From positions 1-62,375 of IMG/VR virus record IMGVR_UViG_3300034112_001193: a DNA stretch of 62,375 nucleotides; one strand, 5' to 3'. The translations under genes were made by a program, and so were the position numbers. Below, one piece after another: positions 10,401 through 17,388 of the stretch. Numbering within the stretch: position 1 is the stretch's first letter; each line of letters begins with the position of its first letter. The notes under the pieces were generated by a model, which saw only the letters and a program-made list of their open reading frames with translations, was not told where the DNA came from and did not search any database. Origin of the DNA: a virus. Lineage: Duplodnaviria; Caudoviricetes.

Positions 10401-10903
10401 CCAGCTAAATCTTCAGATGCCGCCGCACCTAAATTATACCATTCTTCCCAATTTGTAGGAATCTTGCCATACGGAGAAGATTTTCTTAACTCGCGTTGAT
10501 AATTAAATATCTGACGCTTTTGATCATCATCTAAAAATACATCAGGTCTGCTTTTGATGAATTCATTTAAATCTTCGGCATCTAAAGATTTAATTAAATC
10601 TCTATCTGCTGGCGTAAATTCTTCTTCATCTTTATCACCAATTACTGAAAGAACAATATTGCTCGGCTTTGAAAGATCAATCTCTGGTTCTTTTACTGGA
10701 GTAGGAGCGGGTAAAGCAGATGGAACTGCTTTTGGCAGTTCTTCTTTTGGCTTTTCTTCAGCAGGTTGAAAAGATAAGACAGATTCTATTTCGCTAATTA
10801 ATTCATCTGTTTCATCTTTAACTTCAAGTTCTTCAGTTTGAGGTTCCTCTTTATTTCCAAGAACATTATCAATATCCTTGATAAGATCATCAATTTCAGC
10901 CAT
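1445..10903 (-). CDS. Giant (3152 aa) polyvalent/ejected virion protein: HExxH peptidase-like motif, ExQSD nuclease-like module, ART-PolyVal-like ADP-ribosyltransferase, HhH-glycosylase-like and C-terminal GNAT-like domains
   Basis: Motifs NHETGH (~8087-8104); SHF..PNYVAHMRLNDR...LFIEELQSD (~5490-5590); WHFGS..GMHFGS..GYDGLKY..SYVIFNPQQAKSA (~4080-4550); GWY..LAVTS..GPKIG..LTMDRW..QAVLW (~2500-3420); GFAVKPDGDIVSVF..LDAFD..LYGEHGF (~1560-1860). Last gene of the ejection block. Confidence 0.8.
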   Translation of the reverse strand: MAEIDDLIKDIDNVLGNKEEPQTEELEVKDETDELISEIESVLSFQPAEEKPKEELPKAVPSALPAPTPVKEPEIDLSKPSNIVLSVIGDKDEEEFTPADRDLIKSLDAEDLNEFIKSRPDVFLDDDQKRQIFNYQRELRKSSPYGKIPTNWEEWYNLGAAASEDLAGVGVMTADLLGGVLKGTAKAVKQGAPALLGMTSGYAKALAAEKLLPEDKKAEVESWRKRAWQIANTPIKGGEKQNPDAYTDAKYLAKIKEYLTPEQIAGIEKEFQEKRYQAKQVPFSYTSELASLPESVAFLGTKLGTGGMQLWDDASEKFGLTDEETSFERFKARSEVNTAQAKLIKSEPKSWARVVDTYYAPVMKSFSSLIHPSIDEYMIMYPDLSREEVKSKRQADIENGVLNTIEDIKKSIPENDPDIATFGSLTIPGQFGVDVFGYAYSVVQASKMLTPIAKLKLKKLGLDDDQINALETKAQEVAKKKELSKLEKLQKPGFVERAAGATARGIEKTSDYLERSPTWQTITKTAPAVTGATIGYQVNPENPLAGLGMGAFSGIGAKYGVKALIDLPKVVKEVQAARRISAGGSVGPLATLGAIAKQQDEVKTLTAKLKTLAEGTDEYVETKKALDLAKEKTKGEGIVDYEGIGKVSDTTKTILRFVNDDAIANIGEYARLGVEPTLIALATGVIDSSDEEELKTMIGQGLVFSLGGRAVQQSYHKFVGEDPVIAARRAKQANVDALKAYRDSTPETRGEIDKLTDWELVIGRQAKKVADTEAEVQRLVNESPDNKKIEEAEKRLEAEKKSLSLLKTANVQTRNEFGRQFLTALGRNNLLLNGALKAGQNNVGIHILSTDQIFNHFRQNPALRDVPDETIYEIARQQGFYSGTGQNEFRPGMEVSDAVKNIVFNQAQPSIVINSDALRNRIDIYGETPIDALNHETGHAILRIKEIQDAVSEARKLLFSNQIRDAEGNVKEVTTGLYNEDQLIDLYENTYLKNYNKKQIEAIAKASGLWDYGTNSLSRKNVSEYMQEEILADLFSNTLSRNLGRNIDPKSIHLLDVARAKLKNNLLKKATTKLLGLGYSGDVVGYASKANLPPEVQSAARNAMRLLESLNGDFATIENKPETATISKADIRKSKIAAERYGMDSGLFATKVQAQVFDADGNPVGTSVDVTDPTVFEGTWRITKDGEERLNGYGQIPVELRQLQVPEGGTLAISKKIVTEADGITPKLLKPSDLKKIAKDRATLFKQAIDTPDYGTPGRFEAVSEGSNTYRGTFTPLQIKAIQELPEGIVPLKIKKYLLELNDAIVKKDGSRFFVDYAAVMDDKGNYKAFSPKIYDVVPIGLHLSSAGNFLVTTISVGRMMSKLNAWSDRMPNRLSPWGGSKEAFWSEFSTKYLDNWSKGIQGSGYNEQGEPVGRNQLSEDVAIAEQKKSIFNDFLNLFKNETEALNLDRTKIPKRKGDEKNKSMDRTIMSMRIDHMAELLDASDLPKLPVDYGKAIINFLPGESELEIPATQFMPAETIEAPSGERGFQSKLQLEIQRKFRGATATPEQLKAVINNPQNVKAEEVKWSGVNDAIDRIAGENNGKVPVQELLNYLRDEGQVKFEEVTLGGLDRMTAPRSAERLRQVLISNGYNSAEADRVVQAASREENIYTGRNGGIIDLVKEVISDYRELEEAGTTKFAGYVLPGGENYREVVMAMPIGKGISKQKAIQLRDQSWSKIEQLPDFPTGTNPLYQVRWAEENHPELYAEWSDFSRAAENKSSEVNKDVYTSSHFSDIPNYVAHMRLNDRTDAEGNDGLFIEELQSDRHQAGREKGYLTSPKGWTAKQTGKAGSNLTWSVFDAEGNLVTDGMAGNSAESAIEYAFKRESSSVVGKVPDAPFRKDWSVQLFKRVLRDAVESGKQWIGWTTGETQAERYDLSKQIDMIQYDPKSQRLLAYKKDSSEKVLDKTVPLDGLEEYVGKEVAQKIADKSKTHDPKYGPYVTIENADLTVGGEGMKGFYDTILPKEIGKYVAKMGGKVEKSEIVIEKPSTFTQFTRTPNAVPEIINVREKTAPIWRVNITPEMANVVSAGQIQFMPAEVDTRFADLEAKAKAGDKKAEAEAIAIVENIAKNAGGIEAWHFGSFDPSYDPIPKTKKGMHFGSKEASIQRAFDKQPEDERRSLEIFEENGLWYWKTNTNESLDGFSTKQSAEKDANNAIAEMWMYQDYDYNDLGNLTKTYLFFNNLKTVKDQGDNWNDIIIKSKEEGYDGLKYKNEFEDEGSTSYVIFNPQQAKSADPFTYDDAGNLIPLSQRFQTTSPDIRFMPAEQGAEPEGLQGIELPTQYRRISDMIPPLRDVEPPIPASQAMPPESNLPEIIFNAQGGEMAILKQALQGGTPVVQPEKPKETVVQKPQEIPVAKVEPEEEVSDKELVSTGIEVPEFVDEQSVISNAIRVANSKPWKKGRDFKLDIQQRVLEAAEKAGVKVSERTLETIEYLSRVGLKDALIALEQNPNAIGWYDEKTKQALEVMSLLFPEIATDENARFAFTWALAVTSNGLKVDKNFELAEGVYRAYRKTGKMPTNIQAGQAQKAINQSLGLFNQLTNEWGIDNTRKFMQTEFTVQEISRLGVVNKASKKDVKPGGEYADTLVRGSSILGPKIGNGFFSNLYGLFDALTMDRWLIRTWGRWTGTLIELNPELTEQAATRTMEAVNKLTDDDMARFDEMLGRDISEMSVEELATAIQKASMKPELREVMNKTETGEELRKSGNGLAKYLDGQKEAPASPAERNFIREIFGLMLDDLKSDPKYAGLTMADLQAVLWYAEKRLYETAKVKDDQENLDESDAEGYEDEEAPDYANAAIGVARKKGVSEKRIQQAIEKVKNDRTTTTRSTTEGRGGDQSGEQESAGGFTDSKEKQKFKHYVAASTARRNRVGNAKALWTYARKSDGDGGELRVLKPKSKKNLGIKYISEWKPGRKLATMFRNNELPVVRFLELDSTDKPSAQKFADTLQQSKDEAKFGAAVNVYPVEDYQGMKLFMSESGKSGFAVKPDGDIVSVFSMEKGSSRSILEAAISAGGKKLDAFDTILPRLYGEHGFVEASRIPWNDEFSPEGWNKQTFQEFNEGEPDVVMMVLDPNFEGQYTPRTDIYATDYDTAVGMQNALLQQVEKSGKKKK

Positions 10904-10909
10904 TACTTT

Positions 10910-12589
10910 TTATTTTTTTTGAGTTGCGCGAAGTTGCTCAACTAGAACCTTTAATTCTTTTTTCAATTGTTCTTTTTCTTCACCTTCTGGCATCTCTTTC
11001 ATTTGCATAAATTTTTGCTTTGTTAAATTTGCTAGATTTTCTGATTCAGGAACTTCTTCTAAAATATTAAAATCAACTATAATTCTTTTTGGCTCAAGAC
11101 CATATTGCTTTGCTAAACCTGAATAAGAATCTTTTAATTGATTGTATTCTCCTAATCTAGATTCATATTGTTTTTTAGCTTGATTCAAAAAGTCTTTTCT
11201 TTGAGTTTCAGATAAGATTTGACCATCAATAGCTTTGTTAAATGTCGCTCGTATTCTATCTGGAATTCCAGCCGCATTTTGAGCATTTGCATATTCGCCC
11301 TCTCTAACTGTAGAGGCTGGGTCTAACAATTTCATATACCCAAAAATTAAAGACATATCACCTGCGGCGGAAGGTTCTTTTCCAGATGTTTTAATGCTTC
11401 TCCATGCGCTTTGGATTGTTTTAAAATCTTTTGTTTGACCGATATATTCGTCTCGCAATTTTCTTTCAGTATCAAAATCAACCCCTGTTCCTTTTTTTTC
11501 TTCAGCAAGTTCTTTATCGGTTTTTCTTTCTGGGAAAATAACCTTGAATCCAGTTTCTCCTTTTTTGGTTTTTATCTGTTCTATTTTCGCTTCGTTATAT
11601 TCAGGACCAAATATTTTAGATATTTCTTTAACTGCTTTTCGAGCAACATTGACATCCGCCCAAGTTTTAAAATATCGATTTAAATCTACCTCTTCAGCTT
11701 TTTGTTCTGTTGGAACTTGTTGTGCTTCTGGTTTAGGAAGAATAGATAATGCACCAAATCCAGTTGGCAGTTCTCCTGTAGCAGAATAAAATTCTTCTTG
11801 TAACTTTCTCGCTTCTTCAGGAGAAACAAGTGATTTATTTTTACTTAAAATGTTAAACGATGCAGGCTTTTCAGGTGCTTGAATATCTGTAGACATAGTT
11901 TGTCCAACAGGAGTAAGATTGCCTGCCAGCATATTTTCTAATTCCGTAGCTTTATTTTCAGCATTTACAGTTAATTCTGAAAGCGGTCTATTTAAAACAT
12001 TTTGAGCTTCTTGCTGTGTTGGAACTGATGAAAATAAAGGATTAAATACCTCTTCGGTTTCTGGTGGTAATCCTAAATCCCAAATTTCATTTTTAGGCAA
12101 ATCTTCTTCTACAGGGGTTAAAGTTGATTTTGTTGAATCTTGTTCATCAATATCTCCGTATGTAATTTCTTCTTCATTGCTCTTACCTTCTTCTTTTTGT
12201 TTTTCCAATTGATTTTGCAAAATTTGCAAACGAGTTTTTTTATAGTCTTCGTCTGTAGTATCTTGCGATCTGATTTTTGCTAATGCAATTGCCCTATCAT
12301 GTTCTCGTTGTTCTTTAGCCAATGCTTCCTTCTTTTCCCTCTCGCCAACAAATGCGGCGGTGATGCCTTGCAACGCTCCACCTACTCCCTCTTTCAATCC
12401 AGACGCAATTCCGCCAGTCACTAGTTCCGGTTGTTCAGACCGAATTTTAAGTGGTTCAAAAGTTGCAAAGGCTAGAGGTGTGTGTCGAACTTCAGGAACT
12501 GCAACCTGAACAGGTCGCATTCCTTCCAAGGGTGACGCTGACCGGATAGTTGCGAACTGTGGTGAAAACGAATAGGCGGGTGCTGGCAT
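10910..12589 (-). CDS. Putative ejection/internal virion (DNA transfer) protein
   Basis: 559 aa; contains AGDMSLIFGYMKLLDPASTVREGEY, a motif common in podovirus ejection proteins; N-terminal Gly-rich amphipathic segment. Confidence 0.65.
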   Translation of the reverse strand: MPAPAYSFSPQFATIRSASPLEGMRPVQVAVPEVRHTPLAFATFEPLKIRSEQPELVTGGIASGLKEGVGGALQGITAAFVGEREKKEALAKEQREHDRAIALAKIRSQDTTDEDYKKTRLQILQNQLEKQKEEGKSNEEEITYGDIDEQDSTKSTLTPVEEDLPKNEIWDLGLPPETEEVFNPLFSSVPTQQEAQNVLNRPLSELTVNAENKATELENMLAGNLTPVGQTMSTDIQAPEKPASFNILSKNKSLVSPEEARKLQEEFYSATGELPTGFGALSILPKPEAQQVPTEQKAEEVDLNRYFKTWADVNVARKAVKEISKIFGPEYNEAKIEQIKTKKGETGFKVIFPERKTDKELAEEKKGTGVDFDTERKLRDEYIGQTKDFKTIQSAWRSIKTSGKEPSAAGDMSLIFGYMKLLDPASTVREGEYANAQNAAGIPDRIRATFNKAIDGQILSETQRKDFLNQAKKQYESRLGEYNQLKDSYSGLAKQYGLEPKRIIVDFNILEEVPESENLANLTKQKFMQMKEMPEGEEKEQLKKELKVLVEQLRATQKK

Positions 12590-13158
12590 TACATTCCTCC
12601 GAATTGAAGACCTTGTGCTGTAGGCAGGTTGAATCGATTGGTATTTTGTTGGGTTCCGCCAGTCCCAGCGTTTGAAGCCAAAACTTGCGGTATGCCCATC
12701 TGCGAGGCATTAGGCGCATTTGTCGAAGCAGGTCCAGCAGTTCCCCCAGCGGCGGCTATTTTCTGCTGTTGAGCCGATCCCATATTGTAACCGCTCCCGC
12801 CAGCAATTGTGTTTTGATAATTTTTCGAGGCTTGCTCGTCTAACCTCTTTTGATTTTCAGCCGCACGGGTGAAATCGCTTTGCAGGCGAGATTCTGACTC
12901 CCGGCGCATCGATGCCGCACGGTCATTCTCGGCTTGAATCTGGCGTTGCTTTTCGCGTTCCGCCGCTTCTTTGGCAAGACGATCCCGTTCTGCTTGTGCC
13001 GCTTTAGCGGCGGCATCTGCGGCTTTTCGAGCAGCATCCATTTGGGCTTGCATGGCGGCTTGCTGTTGCGCCATTTGCTTTGCCATTTGATCGTTTCCAT
13101 CACCGCCACTATTACTGCTAGAACTGCTTTTCTTTTTACTGCCTCCTCGTCCTCCCAT
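12589..13158 (-). CDS. MGG-start, FGGM-end low-complexity coiled-coil virion protein
   Basis: MGGRGGS...; Q/A-rich coiled coil; ends NRFNLPTAQGLQFGGM. Confidence 0.7.
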   Translation of the reverse strand: MGGRGGSKKKSSSSSNSGGDGNDQMAKQMAQQQAAMQAQMDAARKAADAAAKAAQAERDRLAKEAAEREKQRQIQAENDRAASMRRESESRLQSDFTRAAENQKRLDEQASKNYQNTIAGGSGYNMGSAQQQKIAAAGGTAGPASTNAPNASQMGIPQVLASNAGTGGTQQNTNRFNLPTAQGLQFGGM

Positions 13159-13160
13159 AA

Positions 13161-13691
13161 TTATGTTCCTCCAAATTGTAAGCCAGTTGTTTTCGGCATT
13201 GCAAAAACATTGGATTGTTGTGGTCTATTTGCTTCAGTTGAAGGCAATGTTCCTGACATTGCACCAAGATCGACGAGTGCTTTTTGACGGGCGGCATTGA
13301 TGTTGTATGCACCCGCACCAGTTGCTTGCGCTCCAGCCGCCATCGACGCTTGACGCTCCTGTTCGGCTTTTGTTTGATCCGCCAATTGTTGCGCGGAAGA
13401 TTTCGCGGCCAATTCCTGTTGCGCCTTCGATTCCTCTTGCCTGCGGAGTTGTTGTGCGGCTACATTTTGCGCTTCAATCGCCGCTTGCCGTTGCTGTTCT
13501 TCAATGCGTTGACGCTCCGCAATGGCATCCAATCGTGCTTGTTCAGCCTGTTGTTGCTGAAGTCGCATCATCTCTGCCTGTTGCGCCATTTGCTGATTAA
13601 ACATCGCTTGTTGCATTTGCATCTCTTGCGAGCGCATTTGCTGTTCAGCTTGAACTTGGGACTTCGATGGTCCGCTTGGTCCTCCACCCAT
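13161..13691 (-). CDS. MGG-start, FGGT-end low-complexity coiled-coil virion protein
   Basis: MGGGPSG...; Q/A-rich; ends NVFAMPKTTGLQFGGT; apparent paralog of 12589-13158. Confidence 0.7.
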   Translation of the reverse strand: MGGGPSGPSKSQVQAEQQMRSQEMQMQQAMFNQQMAQQAEMMRLQQQQAEQARLDAIAERQRIEEQQRQAAIEAQNVAAQQLRRQEESKAQQELAAKSSAQQLADQTKAEQERQASMAAGAQATGAGAYNINAARQKALVDLGAMSGTLPSTEANRPQQSNVFAMPKTTGLQFGGT

Positions 13692-13717
13692 AATTATTTT
13701 TCTTTCTTTTTTAGTTG

Positions 13718-14281
13718 TTAAGTTCCACCGAATTTAATGTTAGACATATCGGGGAGATTGAATTGATTGGATGCAACATACTTTTGTTGGGTGCTTGCAG
13801 GTTTGTACATGAATTCAACAGGCAAATCCGCACTAGCACTTGTATCACTAATTTTTGATTGTGCAATGGAAGGAGTTGCTGTTGTTGAAGCAACTGTTGC
13901 AACTTGTGAACTTTCAGCAGGAATAGAACTTGGAGGAAGCGTGGGTGCGCCTGCTCTTAACGCTTCATTGCTAGCCTGCCTTCGCGCCAAATCAGATGCC
14001 GATTGCGCCTTCATGCTTGAAAGCATTTGATTTTGAGCGGAAAACATTCCAGATGTATCCATTTTAGAACGAGGCATAGAATATGGAGTGCTTCCGCCGC
14101 CGCCAAATTTCCATTGGAGTTTCCCAAAGTTGCGATCAAATTGGAAAGGTTTTTTGCCTGTAATCATGCTGGTTGGCAGAACCCCCATAGGGTCCATAAT
14201 ATTCAAAGGATCAACAACCTTGTTGACCGATCTCCAGAACTTTCCGCCACCACCAAAACCTTTTTTAATGCTTCCTCCCAT
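13718..14281 (-). CDS. MGG-start, FGGT-end low-complexity virion protein
   Basis: MGGSIKKG...; ends NQFNLPDMSNIKFGGT. Confidence 0.7.
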   Translation of the reverse strand: MGGSIKKGFGGGGKFWRSVNKVVDPLNIMDPMGVLPTSMITGKKPFQFDRNFGKLQWKFGGGGSTPYSMPRSKMDTSGMFSAQNQMLSSMKAQSASDLARRQASNEALRAGAPTLPPSSIPAESSQVATVASTTATPSIAQSKISDTSASADLPVEFMYKPASTQQKYVASNQFNLPDMSNIKFGGT

Positions 14282-14283
14282 AA

Positions 14284-14562
14284 TTATAATCCTATTTTTG
14301 CTCTAGCCTCTAAACAAAGTGTCGAGCCGGGGTTAAATAATCTACACGCTTGCGGTCTGCAATTATAAACAGAACACTTAACTGCAACTCCAACTTCTCC
14401 TTCTAAAGCAATGCATCTATTGTTTTCGGTCTTCATTAAAGGGTAATCGGTTCGTTGCATTTCAAGCGGAATGCCAGTTGCGTCTGAACGATCCCGTTTG
14501 AGGATCGGCCATGACCACTTAAAACAACAACACGCTCCGCATTTTTCGCAATCATAGTTCAC
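14284..14562 (-). CDS. YkgJ-family cysteine-cluster (Fe-S/Zn) protein
   Basis: CEKCGACC...RCIALEG.VG..V.CSVY..RP..CR.F.PGS..C..AR pattern. Confidence 0.85.
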   Translation of the reverse strand: MNYDCEKCGACCCFKWSWPILKRDRSDATGIPLEMQRTDYPLMKTENNRCIALEGEVGVAVKCSVYNCRPQACRLFNPGSTLCLEARAKIGL

Positions 14563-14981
14563 TTTCTGCCATACATTGTTCCAACCGCTCCAAGAATGCC
14601 GCCAGCGAGGTCTTTGCCAGCGTTGCCATACGCTTGGGCAATTTGTCCTCTGCCATCGTCCCGAATTTGAAATGGCATCATGGGCATGAAATTCAATGCA
14701 TCAGGGTTCTCTTGTAACATTTTTTGCATCTCAAGCCATTTTTGATATGCTTCTGCTTGCGATTGACTTTCCTTTGCTTTTGACATTTCATTAGTGCTGA
14801 AATCAATGCCCTGAATGCCTTTTGCAAAAAAGTCCAACCCTTGCGCCAATCGTTTGCTTTGCGCCTGCTGACGATCAAATGCGGCGAGGTCTGCTTGCGT
14901 TGCCAATGTAGCTTTGGGGACTGTCCCGGCGGCAAGTTGCGTTTGACCGATTTTGTTGGTTCCTGTATTTGCTCCACCCAT
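14559..14981 (-). CDS. MGG-start virion/ejection protein with C-terminal Gly-rich hydrophobic segment
   Basis: Start MGGANTG at 14981, directly after the PP-loop gene stop; ends GKDLAGGILGAVGTMYGRK. Confidence 0.65.
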   Translation of the reverse strand: MGGANTGTNKIGQTQLAAGTVPKATLATQADLAAFDRQQAQSKRLAQGLDFFAKGIQGIDFSTNEMSKAKESQSQAEAYQKWLEMQKMLQENPDALNFMPMMPFQIRDDGRGQIAQAYGNAGKDLAGGILGAVGTMYGRK

Positions 14982-14982
14982 A

Positions 14983-15822
14983 TTATTTTTCCTCCTTGTT
15001 CCATTCCACCGGACGAAATCCAAGGTCGGGAATGACGATGTCTTCGTAGGGTGCTAAATGTGAAATGTTGCTGATTTGAGCGTTGAGTTTCGGGCAATGC
15101 ACATGACTGCCTTGATGACGATCCACGCAATTTAAACAGGTAGGGTAGAAGTCGGCATTCAAAGACTTGTCAGGGTTGTTGCCCCACTTGTCAGTTTTGA
15201 CATAACGAGTCGGATCGGGTTCGACCCCGGCATCTTCTAGATACTGGAAAATATCAGCATCAGTCCAATCGCGCATTGGGTATAGACTAACAGGACTGCC
15301 CTCGGCGTAACGAATGTCCTGCGCCAATGGCACATGACCTTTAATCAAGTCGGTATCACTTCCCTTGGTTCCAATCCAGACCGCACCCCAAGGCCAATTA
15401 AATGTGCCTGTGGGTCGATTCAAAAAGTCATCCAAACCGCACATGAATTTCTCGCCCTCTTTGGGACGCTCCGTTCCTAACGAAAGCACAACTGCTTTGG
15501 TTCCCCATTGGAAGTAGTGCAGAAGGTCAAAACGCACTTCACCTGTTTCCACATCAGGACCATCCGCCAATGCATACCTGCTGGCGGGATACTCAAAAAC
15601 GGTCAAATCCCACTCTTTAATCAATCGATCAGAATAAGCGTAGCGTTCGCGAAATTTAGGTTGGCGAAACTGAATTACAGGGATATCGATTTCGGCTTTG
15701 AAGCGCAACAAATGAAGCATTGCCGTGGAGTCCTTGCCGCCGCTCCACAACACAACAGAACGAGGCCAATTTTTAGCCCACAACTGTGCTTTTTTCACAG
15801 TTTCTGTAATCAGTTTTGTCAT
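14983..15822 (-). CDS. PAPS-reductase-family PP-loop ATPase
   Basis: VVLWSGGKDS PP-loop, IGTKGSD, YPMRDWTDADIFQYL, C-terminal TCLNC...CPK; lacks the ECG(L/I)H tail of true CysH. Confidence 0.85.
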   Translation of the reverse strand: MTKLITETVKKAQLWAKNWPRSVVLWSGGKDSTAMLHLLRFKAEIDIPVIQFRQPKFRERYAYSDRLIKEWDLTVFEYPASRYALADGPDVETGEVRFDLLHYFQWGTKAVVLSLGTERPKEGEKFMCGLDDFLNRPTGTFNWPWGAVWIGTKGSDTDLIKGHVPLAQDIRYAEGSPVSLYPMRDWTDADIFQYLEDAGVEPDPTRYVKTDKWGNNPDKSLNADFYPTCLNCVDRHQGSHVHCPKLNAQISNISHLAPYEDIVIPDLGFRPVEWNKEEK

Positions 15823-16733
15823 ATAATAATTGCCGCCGCTCCAATGCCTGCTCCTGCAAGCCCTGCTCCCGCGCCAATCAATTGACCTGTCATTGCATTT
15901 TTGGATGCCGCCGCCTGACTCGCCGCATCGTACAAGGATTGCTCGTAAGACTGACGATTTGCTTGATTGGTTTGCTGGAGATTTAAAATCTCACCCATGT
16001 TACGAGAGAGATAATCGAATGCGTTTTGATTAAGTCCCATTCGGGCTTGCTGGAACTGATTTAATGTCTGCCCTAGTTGCCCTGCGCCTTGCAAGATGCC
16101 TCTTTGCCAGTCCGACATTGCTCCTAGATTTCCCGCCTCGCTAGCCTGCCTTGCCGCCATTAAGGTTCCGGGATCGATGCCGCCAACGGGTGCTTCTTGC
16201 GATTGCACGAACCCTCGCCGCAATGCAATGTCTTCTAAAATCCGTTTGCGTCCCTCGTCGGTAGAAACATCTGCCAACATGGAGCGTCCAAATGTACTGG
16301 AAGGATCGACGCCAGTTCCACCAACTGCACTAATGCCTTTTTGCTTCAGCCATGCATCCATGTAGTTTTTGAATGCCTCACCAGAGGTGGCAGATTCGAT
16401 TTGCTCCGGGAGTTGCAACCGCATACGAGCAGTCGCGGGGGAGGTCATTTGCTCAAATTGACGGGATCGAGCGAGATTAGAAAGGCCCAATTCGGCAGCT
16501 TGCCGGGAAGTCTGCTCTGCATCGAATGTCGTTTGCAGAGGTTGCATTTTGGTATACAGGTCGAGCATTGCTCGGTCTGTTTGCAACGCTCCAGCTTGAG
16601 CGGCGGCAAGATCGGCGGATGCTGTCTCTAAACCAACTTGACCCATTGCCTGCTTTGCAGACAAAATCTGTCCCGGCGTTTGATAGTCGGGCCTACTCAT
16701 GTATCTGCCGGGGTTTACTGTTGCTCCTCCCAT
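15819..16733 (-). CDS. MGG-start ejection protein with C-terminal glycine-zipper-like hydrophobic tail
   Basis: MGGATVN...; Q/A-rich helical; ends GQLIGAGAGLAGAGIGAAAIII; located after the nozzle and GNAT-like genes as in podoviruses. Confidence 0.65.
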   Translation of the reverse strand: MGGATVNPGRYMSRPDYQTPGQILSAKQAMGQVGLETASADLAAAQAGALQTDRAMLDLYTKMQPLQTTFDAEQTSRQAAELGLSNLARSRQFEQMTSPATARMRLQLPEQIESATSGEAFKNYMDAWLKQKGISAVGGTGVDPSSTFGRSMLADVSTDEGRKRILEDIALRRGFVQSQEAPVGGIDPGTLMAARQASEAGNLGAMSDWQRGILQGAGQLGQTLNQFQQARMGLNQNAFDYLSRNMGEILNLQQTNQANRQSYEQSLYDAASQAAASKNAMTGQLIGAGAGLAGAGIGAAAIII

Positions 16734-16737
16734 AATT

Positions 16738-17127
16738 TTATTCCTTTGGTTTTATGTGAAAAATTTCACGATGCATTCTTTCAAGACCTAATTTTTCCAT
16801 TATTTCATTTGTGAAAGTAAAGCGTTCTGACTGCAATGGGACTCCAACATATCCCGGTCCTCCGGTAAGTTGGTTGTAAACTCGCCAGTCATGCATGGTC
16901 TGGATTACATCGCGAGGGGTTGTATACTTGGGGTGAAAAGCAGGGTAAATTGTTGGGATAAAAACATGATCTGAATAACCAACCAGTTTCCCGTCTTTAT
17001 AATGACCGTAGACATTAATTTGTGGATGATCGATAATGTGATGGTCAAAATCTTCCGCGAAGTCTACTAATTCAAGGAATTCAGCAGAGTCTTTAGGAAT
17101 TAATTTATAATCAATAGTTGATCTCAT
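16738..17127 (-). CDS. GNAT-like acyltransferase-fold protein
   Basis: 129 aa; KDGKLVGY hairpin and IMEKLGLER (cf. the GNAT 'EKLGF' motif); same position as podovirus GNAT-like genes between nozzle and ejection genes. Confidence 0.5.
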   Translation of the reverse strand: MRSTIDYKLIPKDSAEFLELVDFAEDFDHHIIDHPQINVYGHYKDGKLVGYSDHVFIPTIYPAFHPKYTTPRDVIQTMHDWRVYNQLTGGPGYVGVPLQSERFTFTNEIMEKLGLERMHREIFHIKPKE

Positions 17128-17135
17128 TTATTTAT

Positions 17136-17387
17136 TTAGTTAAACCCAACAAATACCTCGTCAGGAACGGGTCCAGTTTTGAATCCAATGTATTTTGAAG
17201 CAATTTCGTCCAGCACATTTTGTTGCTCATTGTAATTCCCGCACAGAGCGCAAGGCAAGCAATTATTTTGGTTTTTTTCAAAAGGGATGGAAGAATAAAC
17301 AGGAGTTAGAAATTCGTCAGCAAACGGAGATATAAACTTGTTCGGAAAGTTCTTCAATCTAATTTTTGATTTAGCAATGCTAGGCAT
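17136..17387 (-). CDS. Hypothetical protein (CLPCALC motif)
   Basis: 83-aa ORF tightly packed in the tail module. Confidence 0.6.
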   Translation of the reverse strand: MPSIAKSKIRLKNFPNKFISPFADEFLTPVYSSIPFEKNQNNCLPCALCGNYNEQQNVLDEIASKYIGFKTGPVPDEVFVGFN

Positions 17388-17388
17388 T

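Noticed and set aside
14983-15822. cysH auxiliary metabolic gene or Dnd phosphorothioation
   Set aside because: No ECG(L/I)H tail and no other cys or dnd/ssp genes; it is embedded among virion genes.
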